DNA of 64,000 bases, taken from sequence record OR455461.1. One strand, written 5' to 3'. The notes under the pieces were generated by a model. It had not been told where the DNA came from. It made no database searches and worked only from the letters and a program-made list of their open reading frames with translations. The translations under genes and the position numbers were made by a program. How positions within the stretch are numbered: position 1 is the first letter of the stretch; each line of letters begins with the position of its first letter. Positions 1 to 8,376 of the stretch are shown here, piece after piece.

Positions 1-179
1 GATAGTACATCATTGATATCAATATTATCTTTACCATAGTAAGTTGATAATTCTTTATTGATATCTTCCTTTTTTTCTTCGATTTCTTTTTCTAATTTAT
101 CATTCTCTTCATCAAATTCTTCCATAGCATTTTGTAAATCTTTTTCTAGTTCTTCAACATATTTATTCTCTTCTACCAT
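1..179 (-). CDS. Hypothetical acidic coiled-coil protein, 3' end runs off window (MVEENKYVEELEKDLQ...)
   Basis: ATG at 177-179 with AAGGAG RBS; frame stays open to position 1; not in ORF track. Confidence 0.75.
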   Translation of the reverse strand, partial: MVEENKYVEELEKDLQNAMEEFDEENDKLEKEIEEKKEDINKELSTYYGKDNIDINDVL

Positions 180-194
180 TTTTGACAAATCTCC

Positions 195-995
195 TTATTT
201 ATATTTATTAATGAAATAATACTGTATTTCTCTAAATAATACATTATTATCTTCAAATGTGTCTCTTAATACATTAATAAGATTATTATCAAATCTAACA
301 TCAGTAATTGATTGTTCTACTAACATTTTATCAATTTGATAATTATTCAATTCAGATTCTTCATCTAGAATTACAGTTTCAATAATATCTTCATTATCTC
401 CAATATAAACTCCTTCAATAATATCTGGAATAGAATAAATCATTGCAGTGTATTCATTATCAATAGTTTTCTTTAAATTGTTATATGATAATGAAGTATT
501 AATATCATCATTTAAATTATCTTCATAAGTCTTAGATAAGTGTACAATATTTTTTTCAATATGATTAATAAATAGATTATTAATCATTTCTTTTTTATTT
601 AATACAAAGAAATAATATAATGATTTAATATACTGAGCTTTATCTTCAACTAAAATATCTTCTGAAAATTCAATAGATAATTGATAAGTATCTTGAATTG
701 ATTCTAATATTTCATTTAAAATATCATTATAAACTTCTTTAGTTCTATTTAAAATATCATTATCTTCTTTATATCTTTCTAATACAAAATTAAATCGGAT
801 TTCAAAATATTCAAAAAAATTCTTATGGTGTTGATCCGTATAAAACTGTTTTGTGTTAGATTCATGAATTTGATCTTTAATATTATCTACCATAATATCT
901 TCAGAGATATTCATAATAATCTCATCGTATTCCTCTTTAACCATTTCTAAATCATCTTTATCATCAATTAAGTATGTCTTAGTCAAAATTTTCAC
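195..995 (-). CDS. Hypothetical protein (266 aa)
   Basis: Long ORF with phage-like composition, no recognisable motif. Confidence 0.75.
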   Translation of the reverse strand: MKILTKTYLIDDKDDLEMVKEEYDEIIMNISEDIMVDNIKDQIHESNTKQFYTDQHHKNFFEYFEIRFNFVLERYKEDNDILNRTKEVYNDILNEILESIQDTYQLSIEFSEDILVEDKAQYIKSLYYFFVLNKKEMINNLFINHIEKNIVHLSKTYEDNLNDDINTSLSYNNLKKTIDNEYTAMIYSIPDIIEGVYIGDNEDIIETVILDEESELNNYQIDKMLVEQSITDVRFDNNLINVLRDTFEDNNVLFREIQYYFINKYK

Positions 996-1127
996 TTCCC
1001 ATTTATCTTTTTATTTTTATATAATATATTATTCTAACGAATAATTAAAATTTTCTTTTATCTTTTCTAAAATTAACTCTACTATACAACTTAGTTAATA
1101 CTATTTTTTAAAAATTTCCAATAAAAT

Positions 1128-1159
1128 AGAGTAATGACGAAGTTAATCATCATTACTCT
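1128..1159 (-). terminator. Intrinsic terminator after terminase
   Basis: AGAGTAATGA...TCATTACTCT stem followed by T-rich tract on the minus strand. Confidence 0.65.
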
Positions 1160-1167
1160 TATATATT

Positions 1168-3569
1168 TTATTTGAATAAATCCATAATACGTTTATTATT
1201 GTTGTCCATTGGTTTTTGTTGTTGACCAAATATAGAATTACTCATATCATTTCCTTCAATAACACTATTGATACGTTTTATTGAAGTAATATCTTTTCTT
1301 CTAGCTTCTTGTTCTTTTCTGATTCCTTCTGCATTTTCTCCGTTAGATGAGAGTTTAGAACCATATTTAATTTTTACAAATTTATTAATATCCTTTTCAT
1401 AATAATATGCATATAAACAGAATAAATAAGACATCATTAAGTCATCGTGACCTCCCGGTGGATGGTCAATACGTCCTTTAATCATTTGTAAAGATTTTAC
1501 TTCTTGGAAGAGTGCTTTATTATTAATTAAATATGGTTTTTCTTCAACAAGCATAGATAGTATTTCATTTAACATTATATCACGAGATTTTTTAGTTGTA
1601 TCAATACCATATCTACGAGTTTCTTTTTTAACTTTTTCATTTTTACCATATCTAGATACTTCATTAAATAAACCTTTATCTTCTACTTGTTTTTCAGCTA
1701 CACGAGTTTTAAGTGTATAGAATAGATTAGATTCTAAACCATCATAAGTTATCATATGATCAATTACTGTTAAACCTGCATAGTTACGTTCAGGTATTAA
1801 TATAGCGTTAGGTATATAGAAACTAACCAATTCTTTAATTAATTTTCTGAATGTAGGTCCATTAATTACGTTATTTTTAAATGTCATCACTGGTTCCAAA
1901 GTAGCTGGATCCACTACAGTAAATGCTGTATTATCTCGTCCTAAACCACCAGACATATCAATACCAATAAGCCAATTTTTCTCTGTAATATTATCCATAT
2001 ATTTAATCATATTTACATAATAAGTTTTTCCATCAATATTAAATTCAAGAGTATTATATACTTCCTTATTAGCATACATAGATATTTCAGACATTTGCTC
2101 TTCAGAGAATAATGAATCATCAGAACTATAAGCCCATTCCAATAATATTTCACGTTTAACTGCTTCTAAAGAACCAATTTGTCTTTTTTGTTTTGCTAAC
2201 CAATCTTCATCTTTACCTAATTCTTTATATGAATATTCTATATACATGAATTCATTATTTGAATTATCTTCCATGTATTTTTCTAATTTAGAAATTCCTT
2301 CTTCTTCACCATTAATGAAATAATCATATATTTTTTCATTCCATTGAGCTGCTTCATTCATTTGTTGAAAGAAAAATTGCCCATTGTCTTCATCAAGAGT
2401 ACTCAAATTTATTTATTCTTTATAATTATATAAAGTTTAGACTATATCACAATAATTATAATAATTATTATCCATTATTTAGTCGTTGAACATCATTTAG
2501 ATGATGCTGATTAATTTTATAATATTTCAGCAATTAAATAGAAAAGCCCAGTTAATTTTAGGCGTAGTTGTAATTAGAAGTCCATAAGGAGTTCCGTTTC
2601 TTTTAGCAATTGCAGAAGCTGTGGAGTTAGCTGGACGCATGGCCTCAAACATTGTTTGATTATGTTTAATAAATGCCCACTCATCTAGCCAGAATAATGG
2701 CACAGTACCACCTCTCATTTTTCGTTAACTATATGAATTTCATATAGATCAGACTATATCTTAACAATTTCAATGATATTAATATTTAGTCGTTGAACTA
2801 CTATTTTAAGTAGATGCTGATTTATTTAATGATTTTCTCAGCAATTAATTAATTTTATAGCGAGCTAAGGTTATAAATTAATTTTTAAAAATAATTTCCA
2901 TATATGCCATGGAATGATTTAACCCGCTTTATTTGCTTGCTCTTTATTGTTTGGAGGACTGACTGTCTTAATAGTGTTATTATTGGATGCTAATCTAAAT
3001 TCATTTTCAGCATCTTTATCATTCTTATCACCAAAATTTGCCATCACATAATCCGGTAAACATTTTTCTTTAAATAAGTTCTTAAGACGTTTTAAATTCT
3101 CCACTGTATCAGCATAAGCTTTATGTGTAAATAACATTGTATAGTTATTACCTACTAATAACATAATCCATGAATAATAACATACTGCAGAATATGTTTT
3201 ATAGTGCTGACGAGGTAACATTATTGCAGTATCTAAGTTATGCAACATACAGAATGTCATAGCCAAGTTACCTCTATGAAGTTCATACATTACTTTTCCA
3301 CCTGGAACAGGAACTCTAATAACTTCTCTTAAATAAAACCATATATTAAGTTTAGCTTCCCTAATAACACGAGTTTTCATTTCATTATCTAAATCTTCAT
3401 CCCAAGGATCAACACCAATTAATTTCTTATCATATAGAGTTAATGGTAAACCATAATTTTGTATATTATTGTCTTTAAGTTCTTTAGCAACTTTTAAAAA
3501 GCTTATATTATTAGTCTTATAATCGTAATAAACTTTTTTCTTTAATTTTGTTATAGCCATAATCTTCAT
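1168..3569 (-). CDS. terL: Terminase large subunit, 3 exons: join(3569..2922, 2715..2560, 2403..1168), about 679 aa
   Basis: Walker A-like PRQHYKT in exon 1. Junction KAG|RGGTVPLFWLDE restores the GRG/Walker B region. Junction LITTTP|STLD. Exon 3 has nuclease motifs IGIDMSGG..D and GGHDDL. Both junctions are in frame. Confidence 0.92.
2404..2559 (-). mobile_element. Group I intron terL-I2, 156 nt, no ORF
   Basis: P1 exon GCCU/GGGC with U-G at the splice site; P3 UCUAUU/AAUGGA; P4 UGCUG/CAGCA; R element GUUCAACGACUAAA; S element UGAUAUAGUCU; P9 hairpin; terminal G at 2404. Confidence 0.92.
2716..2921 (-). mobile_element. Group I intron terL-I1, 206 nt, no ORF, enlarged L1 loop
   Basis: P1 AGCGGGU/GCUCGCU; P10 ACCUU/GAGGU; P3 AUUAAU/AUUAAU; AAUUGCUG, AAUCAGCA, GUUCAACGACUAAA and AAGAUAUAGUCU core; terminal G at 2716. 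Confidence 0.93.
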
Positions 3570-3583
3570 TCACTTCTTTCTTA

Positions 3584-4753
3584 CTATCTTGTCTTAGTAT
3601 TAATTCTATTAGAATATTTTATTATTCTTTGAATTTCATCTAATTGTTTCTTGAGTTCTTTTTTAACTTCATTAGAATTATTATTGTTACTAATTTCAAA
3701 TTTTAATGTATTAATAACTGCATCAATTGAATCTGTTGGATAATCTTTATAACTTTTAATAAAACCACTCATAGGGTATAAAAGTCCTCTCATAGCTTTA
3801 GCTATTAAATTATTAGATCTTTTTTCAGATTTCATTCTAAATGCTTTATACACTAAATCATAAAATTTAACCATTTCTACAGAATATCCATAAAGAGCAG
3901 GTAATTGGTTAGCAGATCTTTCTGAAAGATTATAATCCATAGTAGTTTTTCTATTGAAACTTGCACTTGTTAGTAACATTCCTGTTCCCATAAATGAACC
4001 CATTGATAAGCTAGCACCTATAAACACAGCAGTTAAACACATTACTAATGTTGACATTGCAAGAATCATAGGAGCTGCTAATACTCTATTTCTTCTATTG
4101 TCAGTTTCTATTTCTTTAGTGTACTTAAACTGTACTGGTTTATTATCTCTATATTTGAGTTCGAATGTAGGAGTTTTGCCACCAGAGAGTACATTAATTT
4201 CTACAGGGAAAAATAAATTATGTCCTATTTCATGTAATAATAAAAAAGTATACATTCTACCATTAAGAGTAGTAAATTCTTTTTGACCTGATGCTTTCTT
4301 TTCGATAAAATATCTCAATGAAGATAATTCAATATTTACTTCAATTTCTCTAGGTTTAGAATAGTAAACACCATTCTTTTCTTCAATAACAATTTTAGTG
4401 ATTCCATCTGTAATATTTCTAATATCTTCAGGTTTAATTAATGTGTGTGCTACTGAACCTACTTTAAATTTATCTTTTCCACGTTTATCAGCTTCAATAA
4501 ATTTTAATTTCATATTAGTGTTAAATAATTTCTTAGTAATATCTGATATTCTTTTTGCAATATCATTATATTCATTCTTATCAATTACATCAAAATCAGA
4601 TTTTTCGAAGTTATATTTACTAATTAATGAATCAAATTCTTCATCTATTTCTCTAAGTAATGAAGTATTTTTACCAAAGTTAAAAGCATCTTCATTTAAA
4701 TTCATTACTTCTTTTATTTTTTTCATTTGCATTTCTTCTTGTAAAGATACCAT
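3584..4753 (-). CDS. Probable virion protein with HExxH zinc-peptidase motif and transmembrane segment
   Basis: LLHEIGH motif, downstream SERSANQ (E-x-x-A-N), hydrophobic stretch VLAAPMILAMSTLVMCLTAVFIG; located between capsid and terminase genes. Confidence 0.5.
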   Translation of the reverse strand: MVSLQEEMQMKKIKEVMNLNEDAFNFGKNTSLLREIDEEFDSLISKYNFEKSDFDVIDKNEYNDIAKRISDITKKLFNTNMKLKFIEADKRGKDKFKVGSVAHTLIKPEDIRNITDGITKIVIEEKNGVYYSKPREIEVNIELSSLRYFIEKKASGQKEFTTLNGRMYTFLLLHEIGHNLFFPVEINVLSGGKTPTFELKYRDNKPVQFKYTKEIETDNRRNRVLAAPMILAMSTLVMCLTAVFIGASLSMGSFMGTGMLLTSASFNRKTTMDYNLSERSANQLPALYGYSVEMVKFYDLVYKAFRMKSEKRSNNLIAKAMRGLLYPMSGFIKSYKDYPTDSIDAVINTLKFEISNNNNSNEVKKELKKQLDEIQRIIKYSNRINTKTR

Positions 4754-4781
4754 ATAATTTTCCTTTCTTTTTATAAAATAA

Positions 4782-4810
4782 ACCCATACACCTCAGAGAG
4801 ATGTATGGGT
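4782..4810 (-). terminator. Terminator after major capsid gene
   Basis: ACCCATACA..TGTATGGGT stem, TTATTTTAT tail on minus strand. Confidence 0.8.
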
Positions 4811-4837
4811 ATATAAATAACAAAAGTAAAGTTACTC

Positions 4838-6433
4838 TTAACGAGCGTATACTGAACCGTTGTTGTTTTTGATTGTAATACGTCCAATGATCGGAACGAA
4901 TGATTCAACTGTATATCTACGAGTCATCATCATGTTAGGAACATTAGGGTTACGAGTATTCAAGTATCCTCCACCATTTACAACATTGAATGTGTAAGGG
5001 TAGAACATGAATGTTTTATAGTTGTCTTGTTGAGGAATTGCAATAATAGTCAATTCACCTTGACGAACTAAGTCAGAACCGATAATACGGTAGTTAGCTG
5101 TACCAGAAGCAGCACCTAATGAATAGTTAATTTTAATTCCATTAGAGTAAGAATCTTCAGTACCACCATTAAATGTCCAAGAAACGTTAGGGATTAAACG
5201 AACGTCAACTGGGTTACCTACGATAACGAATTGTACATCGTAAAGTTTGTAATCATTTTTCATTGATTGAGTAGTATGGTCAATTACTTCACGTAGACCT
5301 TCTAACCAATCTTTAGGGTGAGCACTGTAATCACTATGTGGATAAACATCGAAGCTGAAGTGATATTTAGCGTCAGTTTCTCTGTATTCGTGATCTAAGA
5401 ATTCAATGATATCTAAGTCAACTTTTTGACTAGATAATTGAGACATTGTTTCAGATAAACGAGCAACTCCATCGATATCATAAGTAGCTTTCATATCTTG
5501 AATTACTTCAAGAGGTACTGTAGCCTCGATGTGTTGAGCTGTATCGATAGTGATATCTTTACGATCTAAACCAAGCTCGATGTTAGTAGCTGAAGTATGT
5601 TGTTCAGAAGCTACATAACCTTTAATTTTAATTGCTTCTAATTTACCAGAAGTTGAAGCTAAAGCTAAAGTACCGTTAGAAACGTCAACTTTACCTAATA
5701 CTGTATCAACAGCAACTTCACCGTCACCATTTGTAGGGTATTTAACTTCTGCCATTAGAGAGTCATTTTCCATTTTAATAACTTGAGAACCTAATTCAAC
5801 AAATCCTTTTTCATTTGTACGAACATCAAAAGAATCGCTCCATTTAGCTTCTACAACTTTGAATTTACGGTCAACACGATCAATGCCTTTACGAACTTCT
5901 TTACCTTCTTTTAAGCCATCGAATAAATCGTAAGCTTCAACTTTACCACCAGAAATTGCAACTTCTTCTTTAAGAGGAACTAATCCTACTAAAGTTTCAG
6001 GTGTGTTATTAATTGATTCAGGTAATGCATGTTTGTTTCCATCAGCATCTACAACGTAAGGTGTTAAGATTGGCACTGTGAATTGTGGTTTATTAGCAAC
6101 TTGAGTTGGTAAAGCTTCAGTTAAAGCTAAACGAGCCCAAAGTTTAACTAAGATAGGCATAGATAATGAAGCATAAGGTTGGATAGGCCCCATTGAAGAC
6201 TCTAATAAGATTTCTTCACGAGTGTTATCTAACATACTTTCTAAAGAAAGTTGCTCCTCTTCATCAAAACCTTCTAATAATTGATCTTTATAACTTTCAA
6301 ATACTACGTCATCAGTAGCAATTGAAGCGAAATCATTACCAACTGTACTTAATTTATATTGTTCGTTGATATTTTGTTCGATATCCTCTAAGAGTTTAGA
6401 GAATTCATCTTTAATTCTATTTGCACTCAACAT
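4838..6433 (-). CDS. Major capsid protein precursor (531 aa)
   Basis: Acidic N-terminal propeptide ending near LLES; strongly biased high-expression codons; dedicated late promoters and terminator; context near prohead protease; resembles AR9/phiKZ-type MCP from recall. Confidence 0.8.
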   Translation of the reverse strand: MLSANRIKDEFSKLLEDIEQNINEQYKLSTVGNDFASIATDDVVFESYKDQLLEGFDEEEQLSLESMLDNTREEILLESSMGPIQPYASLSMPILVKLWARLALTEALPTQVANKPQFTVPILTPYVVDADGNKHALPESINNTPETLVGLVPLKEEVAISGGKVEAYDLFDGLKEGKEVRKGIDRVDRKFKVVEAKWSDSFDVRTNEKGFVELGSQVIKMENDSLMAEVKYPTNGDGEVAVDTVLGKVDVSNGTLALASTSGKLEAIKIKGYVASEQHTSATNIELGLDRKDITIDTAQHIEATVPLEVIQDMKATYDIDGVARLSETMSQLSSQKVDLDIIEFLDHEYRETDAKYHFSFDVYPHSDYSAHPKDWLEGLREVIDHTTQSMKNDYKLYDVQFVIVGNPVDVRLIPNVSWTFNGGTEDSYSNGIKINYSLGAASGTANYRIIGSDLVRQGELTIIAIPQQDNYKTFMFYPYTFNVVNGGGYLNTRNPNVPNMMMTRRYTVESFVPIIGRITIKNNNGSVYAR

Positions 6434-6493
6434 AATTTTTTCTGCTCCTTTTCAAATATATTAGCGTGTAGTTTTATATTATTAATTTTATTA

Positions 6494-6505
6494 TATAAAT
6501 TTGTT
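6494..6505 (-). promoter_or_regulatory. Late-type promoter AACA-N6-TA upstream of MCP (second copy at 6550-6561)
   Basis: Minus strand AACAAATTTATA and AACAATAACATA; matches AR9 nvRNAP consensus. Confidence 0.65.
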
Positions 6506-6617
6506 AAGAAATAAAATAACCATTATATTCAAGGGTATTTTTACTTTCATATGTTATTGTTATTAAATTTAAAAAGAATAATAAAACTATTATTAAAAGT
6601 AATTAAAATCATTTATT

Positions 6618-7283
6618 TTACTTTTTACTACGCTTTTTTGTACTTTCTAATTTATTGTATTCTTTTAAATAATTGTCAAATATTTCTTTGTAAGTAGTTT
6701 CAAATTTTTTATATAACTTCTCAGATTTATCTACATCGACAATATTTATAAATTTATTGTTAAATAAATTTATATTATCTTTAAGTTGATCCAGAGATTT
6801 TGTAGTTAATTCAGTTATATCAAACATATCTTTTCTCTCTGAATCTGAAAAATTTTCCATATTTCTGTCATTGATAATGTAGTTAAATTTGTCCATTACA
6901 TCTTTTAATTCAATTAATTTATTAAATATTTGTAATTTTAAAAACTTATCTGAATTACTTTCTTTGGGTTCTTCTGGTGTTTCTTCTGGATTATCTGTAT
7001 CAGTTTCTTCAGATTCAGGTTGTTCAAGATCATTATCTAATCCATCTTCAGTTTCTTCTTGATCTTCCGTAGAATCGTCATTAGAATCATCATTAGAATT
7101 ATCTTCTTCAGTTTCTTCATTATTCTCTTCTTCTGATGAAGTTGATTCAGTATCATCTAATGAATTCTGATCTTGATCATTTTCATCATCTTCAGCTTCA
7201 TTAAGAATATTTTGTTTCATTAATTTATTTATTGATTCAGTGAGTAAATCTCTATTAATATCCATAGTCATTACCACTGTCAT
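6618..7283 (-). CDS. Acidic head-associated (scaffold/core-like) protein
   Basis: D/E/N-rich linker, LTES and LNEA putative protease sites, head gene cluster. Confidence 0.5.
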   Translation of the reverse strand: MTVVMTMDINRDLLTESINKLMKQNILNEAEDDENDQDQNSLDDTESTSSEEENNEETEEDNSNDDSNDDSTEDQEETEDGLDNDLEQPESEETDTDNPEETPEEPKESNSDKFLKLQIFNKLIELKDVMDKFNYIINDRNMENFSDSERKDMFDITELTTKSLDQLKDNINLFNNKFINIVDVDKSEKLYKKFETTYKEIFDNYLKEYNKLESTKKRSKK

Positions 7284-8289
7284 TTACATCTCCACGAGAG
7301 ATAGCATTTTTAGTTTTATCTATAGTTTTCTTTTGGAAATTTGCTTTTTTCAATTGACCTTCTAAATCTGATTTTAATATTCTTAATTCTTTTCTTTTAT
7401 TTTCATCATCAACTGTTTCTAATTTATCTTCTAATGATTGAATTCTTTCTTCTAGTACAATAATTAATCTATTAAGTTCACTATTTTTAGTACTATTATA
7501 CACAATAGCAACTAATAATCCTAATAATGCAGTTTTAGCTTTACCGATAACGCCAGAACTTACTTTTAATCCAATACAGAAGATTATTGCTGTTAAGATA
7601 GCTCTTACAAAACGAATTCTATTCGCTTTAGCTAATTGTTTATCATCCATATTTTTAGTTGAAGCAGTAGCTTTTTTAACAGAACCGATTAATTTATTTA
7701 AATTCTTTTCAGCAACTTTAGGTTCTTTAGATCGTTCAAAAGATGTATCAATATCATTAAGATAATCCTCATCATCATCTTCATAAGCTTCATTTAAATA
7801 ATTCATACTACCTTCCATTAAGAAATTAATAATTGCTTTTTTCTCTAAATTAGAATTAGAAGGTGTTTCAGCTAAAGCTACAGTTAATTGTTTAAAATTA
7901 AATTCTGCACTTTTATTTGAACTAAAGTCTTCTTTATATAAACTATCTATATAACCATTATTAGGAATACGATTATTAATATAAAGTGTATTATATCTAT
8001 CTTTAAGAGTTTCTATCTTATGAAGAACCATATTTATTGCCATTTCAGATTGTTCATTTTCAATTTCGTATCTTTCTAATGAATCTTTAATACCTACTAA
8101 ATATTTTACAATTTTTCTAATTTGATCATTTGTAAAACTATCAGTATTAGCATACTTCTCAATATCAACTAGATAATCATAAGCTTCATTAGGAAAAGAA
8201 TTTTCATCCGTTTGTTCTTTAATATTAAGTAATGTATCTTTTACTTCTTCAAAACTTTTCAAAGATTTTCCTCCTATCATATATTTCAT
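7255..8289 (-). CDS. Probable internal head/ejection protein with hydrophobic hairpin and C-terminal coiled coil
   Basis: Two hydrophobic segments (RAILTAIIFCIG, ALLGLLVAIVY), LMEG/LNEA sites, late promoter at 8298-8309. Confidence 0.45.
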   Translation of the reverse strand: MKYMIGGKSLKSFEEVKDTLLNIKEQTDENSFPNEAYDYLVDIEKYANTDSFTNDQIRKIVKYLVGIKDSLERYEIENEQSEMAINMVLHKIETLKDRYNTLYINNRIPNNGYIDSLYKEDFSSNKSAEFNFKQLTVALAETPSNSNLEKKAIINFLMEGSMNYLNEAYEDDDEDYLNDIDTSFERSKEPKVAEKNLNKLIGSVKKATASTKNMDDKQLAKANRIRFVRAILTAIIFCIGLKVSSGVIGKAKTALLGLLVAIVYNSTKNSELNRLIIVLEERIQSLEDKLETVDDENKRKELRILKSDLEGQLKKANFQKKTIDKTKNAISRGDVNDSGNDYGY

Positions 8290-8297
8290 TAATCTAA

Positions 8298-8335
8298 TAA
8301 AAGATTGTTAAATTCAGAAGAATAACATAGAAATA
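8298..8335. promoter_or_regulatory. Divergent pair of AACA-N6-TA late promoters (8298-8309 minus; 8324-8335 plus)
   Basis: AACAATCTTTTA on minus and AACATAGAAATA on plus within an 87-bp divergent spacer. Confidence 0.6.
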
Positions 8336-8376
8336 TTCTTAATTTACAATCAAAATTTGAAAGGAAGTATAAATAA

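Noticed and set aside
3954-4757. Plus-strand ORFs 3954-4286 and 4398-4757 and similar antisense ORFs (11770, 13094, 14489, 17901, 25346, 29840, 35837, 44739, 45751, 47257, 48050-48644, 49738, 51147, 60307)
   Set aside because: Shadow frames of AT-rich genes on the opposite strand; S/L/F/I-rich, no RBS.
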